Both the position numbers and the translations under genes were made by a program. A DNA stretch of 36,456 nucleotides from a virus (lineage: Duplodnaviria; Caudoviricetes): positions 1-36,456 of IMG/VR virus record IMGVR_UViG_3300032330_001063; one strand, 5' to 3'. Of the stretch, positions 35,388 to 36,456 are shown piece by piece. The first letter of the stretch is position 1. Each line of letters begins with the position of its first letter. The notes under the pieces were generated by a model. That model was not told where the DNA came from and searched no databases. It saw nothing but the letters and a program-made list of their open reading frames with translations.

Positions 35388-35602
35388 AGCCGCCCGTCCA
35401 GTTCGTCCAGGGCGTCCTCTGCACGGCACAGTGCCCGCCCGTACTCTTCTTCAGATGTCGGCTTGCACTGATGCGCAATCACATAGTCGGCATCCATTCT
35501 GCGCACCACATCGACGAGGTTGCGCAGCGCGCCAATGGCATCGCTACGGTAGACATCGCCACGGCGGCGCATCGGTTTGTTTGGATAGGTTTGCGTGTTC
35601 AT
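35384..35602 (-). CDS. Hypothetical protein
   Basis: Coupled to both neighbours. Confidence 0.65.
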   Translation of the reverse strand: MNTQTYPNKPMRRRGDVYRSDAIGALRNLVDVVRRMDADYVIAHQCKPTSEEEYGRALCRAEDALDELDGRL

Positions 35603-36174
35603 GCGGGCACCTTCTCTGCGGCTGACTTCAATGCGGCCTGGTGCTGCGTCCAGACGCTAGTTTTAGTCGGGCTGTTGGGGATGGACTTAAACCGAGCCTG
35701 CAACGCCTCCAGGCCGTCTACAGCGGCTTCGCGCAGTGAGTCCAAGATCAGCGCCGCTTCCTGATCGTTGGCGCGTTCTGCGGGCTTTTGCGTGGGCTTG
35801 CTGGCCACGGCGCTGTTGCCGTCGTCGTCTTCTGCCGGCACACCAAACGCGGCCATCAAGCTGTATCTGCGGGCATACGTCATCGCACTACCAAACCCCT
35901 GAGCGTCCTGCTTGCTGGCCGGCATAAACAGCGGCCCGCAGGCCAGAGATTCGCCAGATGCGTGATGAATTACCGTCTCAATGCACACACCGCCATCAGC
36001 CGGGTGCGTGATCTGCCGGAAGAACAGGCCATGCTCGGCCAGGGCGGGCTTGATCGCGTCGACCACTGCGGCCAAGTCGGCGTACTTAGAGCGGAATGCG
36101 GGATTGGTCTTGCCCTTCACCGCGCCTTCGATCTGCGCGAATGCTTTCGCCATTGCTTCGCTAATGTTCTTCAC
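35599..36174 (-). CDS. erf: Erf-family single-strand annealing protein
   Basis: NPAFRSKYADL...QGFGSAMTYARRYSLMAAFGV..EDDDGN signature; GTG start at 36174. Confidence 0.94.
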   Translation of the reverse strand: MKNISEAMAKAFAQIEGAVKGKTNPAFRSKYADLAAVVDAIKPALAEHGLFFRQITHPADGGVCIETVIHHASGESLACGPLFMPASKQDAQGFGSAMTYARRYSLMAAFGVPAEDDDGNSAVASKPTQKPAERANDQEAALILDSLREAAVDGLEALQARFKSIPNSPTKTSVWTQHQAALKSAAEKVPA

Positions 36175-36338
36175 AGCATCACTCCCCACAAAGTGGCCAC
36201 CAGAAGGCCCAAAACTGCCCAAACCACTGCGCCGGCAATCACTGCAAACAAGATCCCTTCAAAGGCATCGTGCTGTCGACGTTGCTGCTGGCACTCGCGC
36301 CAGCCCTGTCCATACCGCGTTGAATGCGCTGCACTCAT
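36171..36338 (-). CDS. Small single-TM protein (MSAAHSTRYGQGW...)
   Basis: C-terminal hydrophobic helix; ATGA/GTGA coupling on both sides. Confidence 0.6.
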   Translation of the reverse strand: MSAAHSTRYGQGWRECQQQRRQHDAFEGILFAVIAGAVVWAVLGLLVATLWGVML

Positions 36339-36456
36339 TTCTGTTTCTCCTGAACTTTCTGGACGGCTTGCCATGTCTTTCTGATGTCGGTCTTGCGCAA
36401 GTTGACGGGGAACCCTTTCACGCGCTGGTCGCACCAGCCCAAGACGGGCGCGCGGC
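36334..36456. repeat. Terminal direct repeat, right copy
   Basis: Identical to 1-123. Confidence 0.97.

Overview
The window is an apparently complete, circularly permuted ~36.3 kb temperate lambdoid phage genome with P22-like (podovirus-type) virion genes; bases 1-123 repeat exactly at 36334-36456. The H-NS style suggests a betaproteobacterial host (inference). Rightward: cI/cro switch, replication initiator, H-NS, nuclease, Q-like antiterminator, terminase, portal, an inserted five-gene surface-protein block, scaffold, coat, tail/ejection proteins, lysis genes and a metallophosphoesterase. Then attP (3' half of tRNA-Arg CCT), a tyrosine integrase and the leftward early operon (Erf, YqaJ exonuclease, SSB-like). 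Two features stand out. (1) The early operon holds a stand-alone Cas7/RAMP-like gene and a coupled partner gene between two non-coding arrays of GG(C/T/A)+NN pentamers. The arrays are punctuated by GGCAGGC into about 10 blocks of 9-16 variable dinucleotides. This is a candidate RNA-guided system with no CRISPR array. (2) The major capsid gene is split by a 971-nt group I intron (IA-like, core pairings visible) carrying an HNH homing endonuclease with its own promoter. All protein calls come from motif recognition and synteny by eye; no searches were run.
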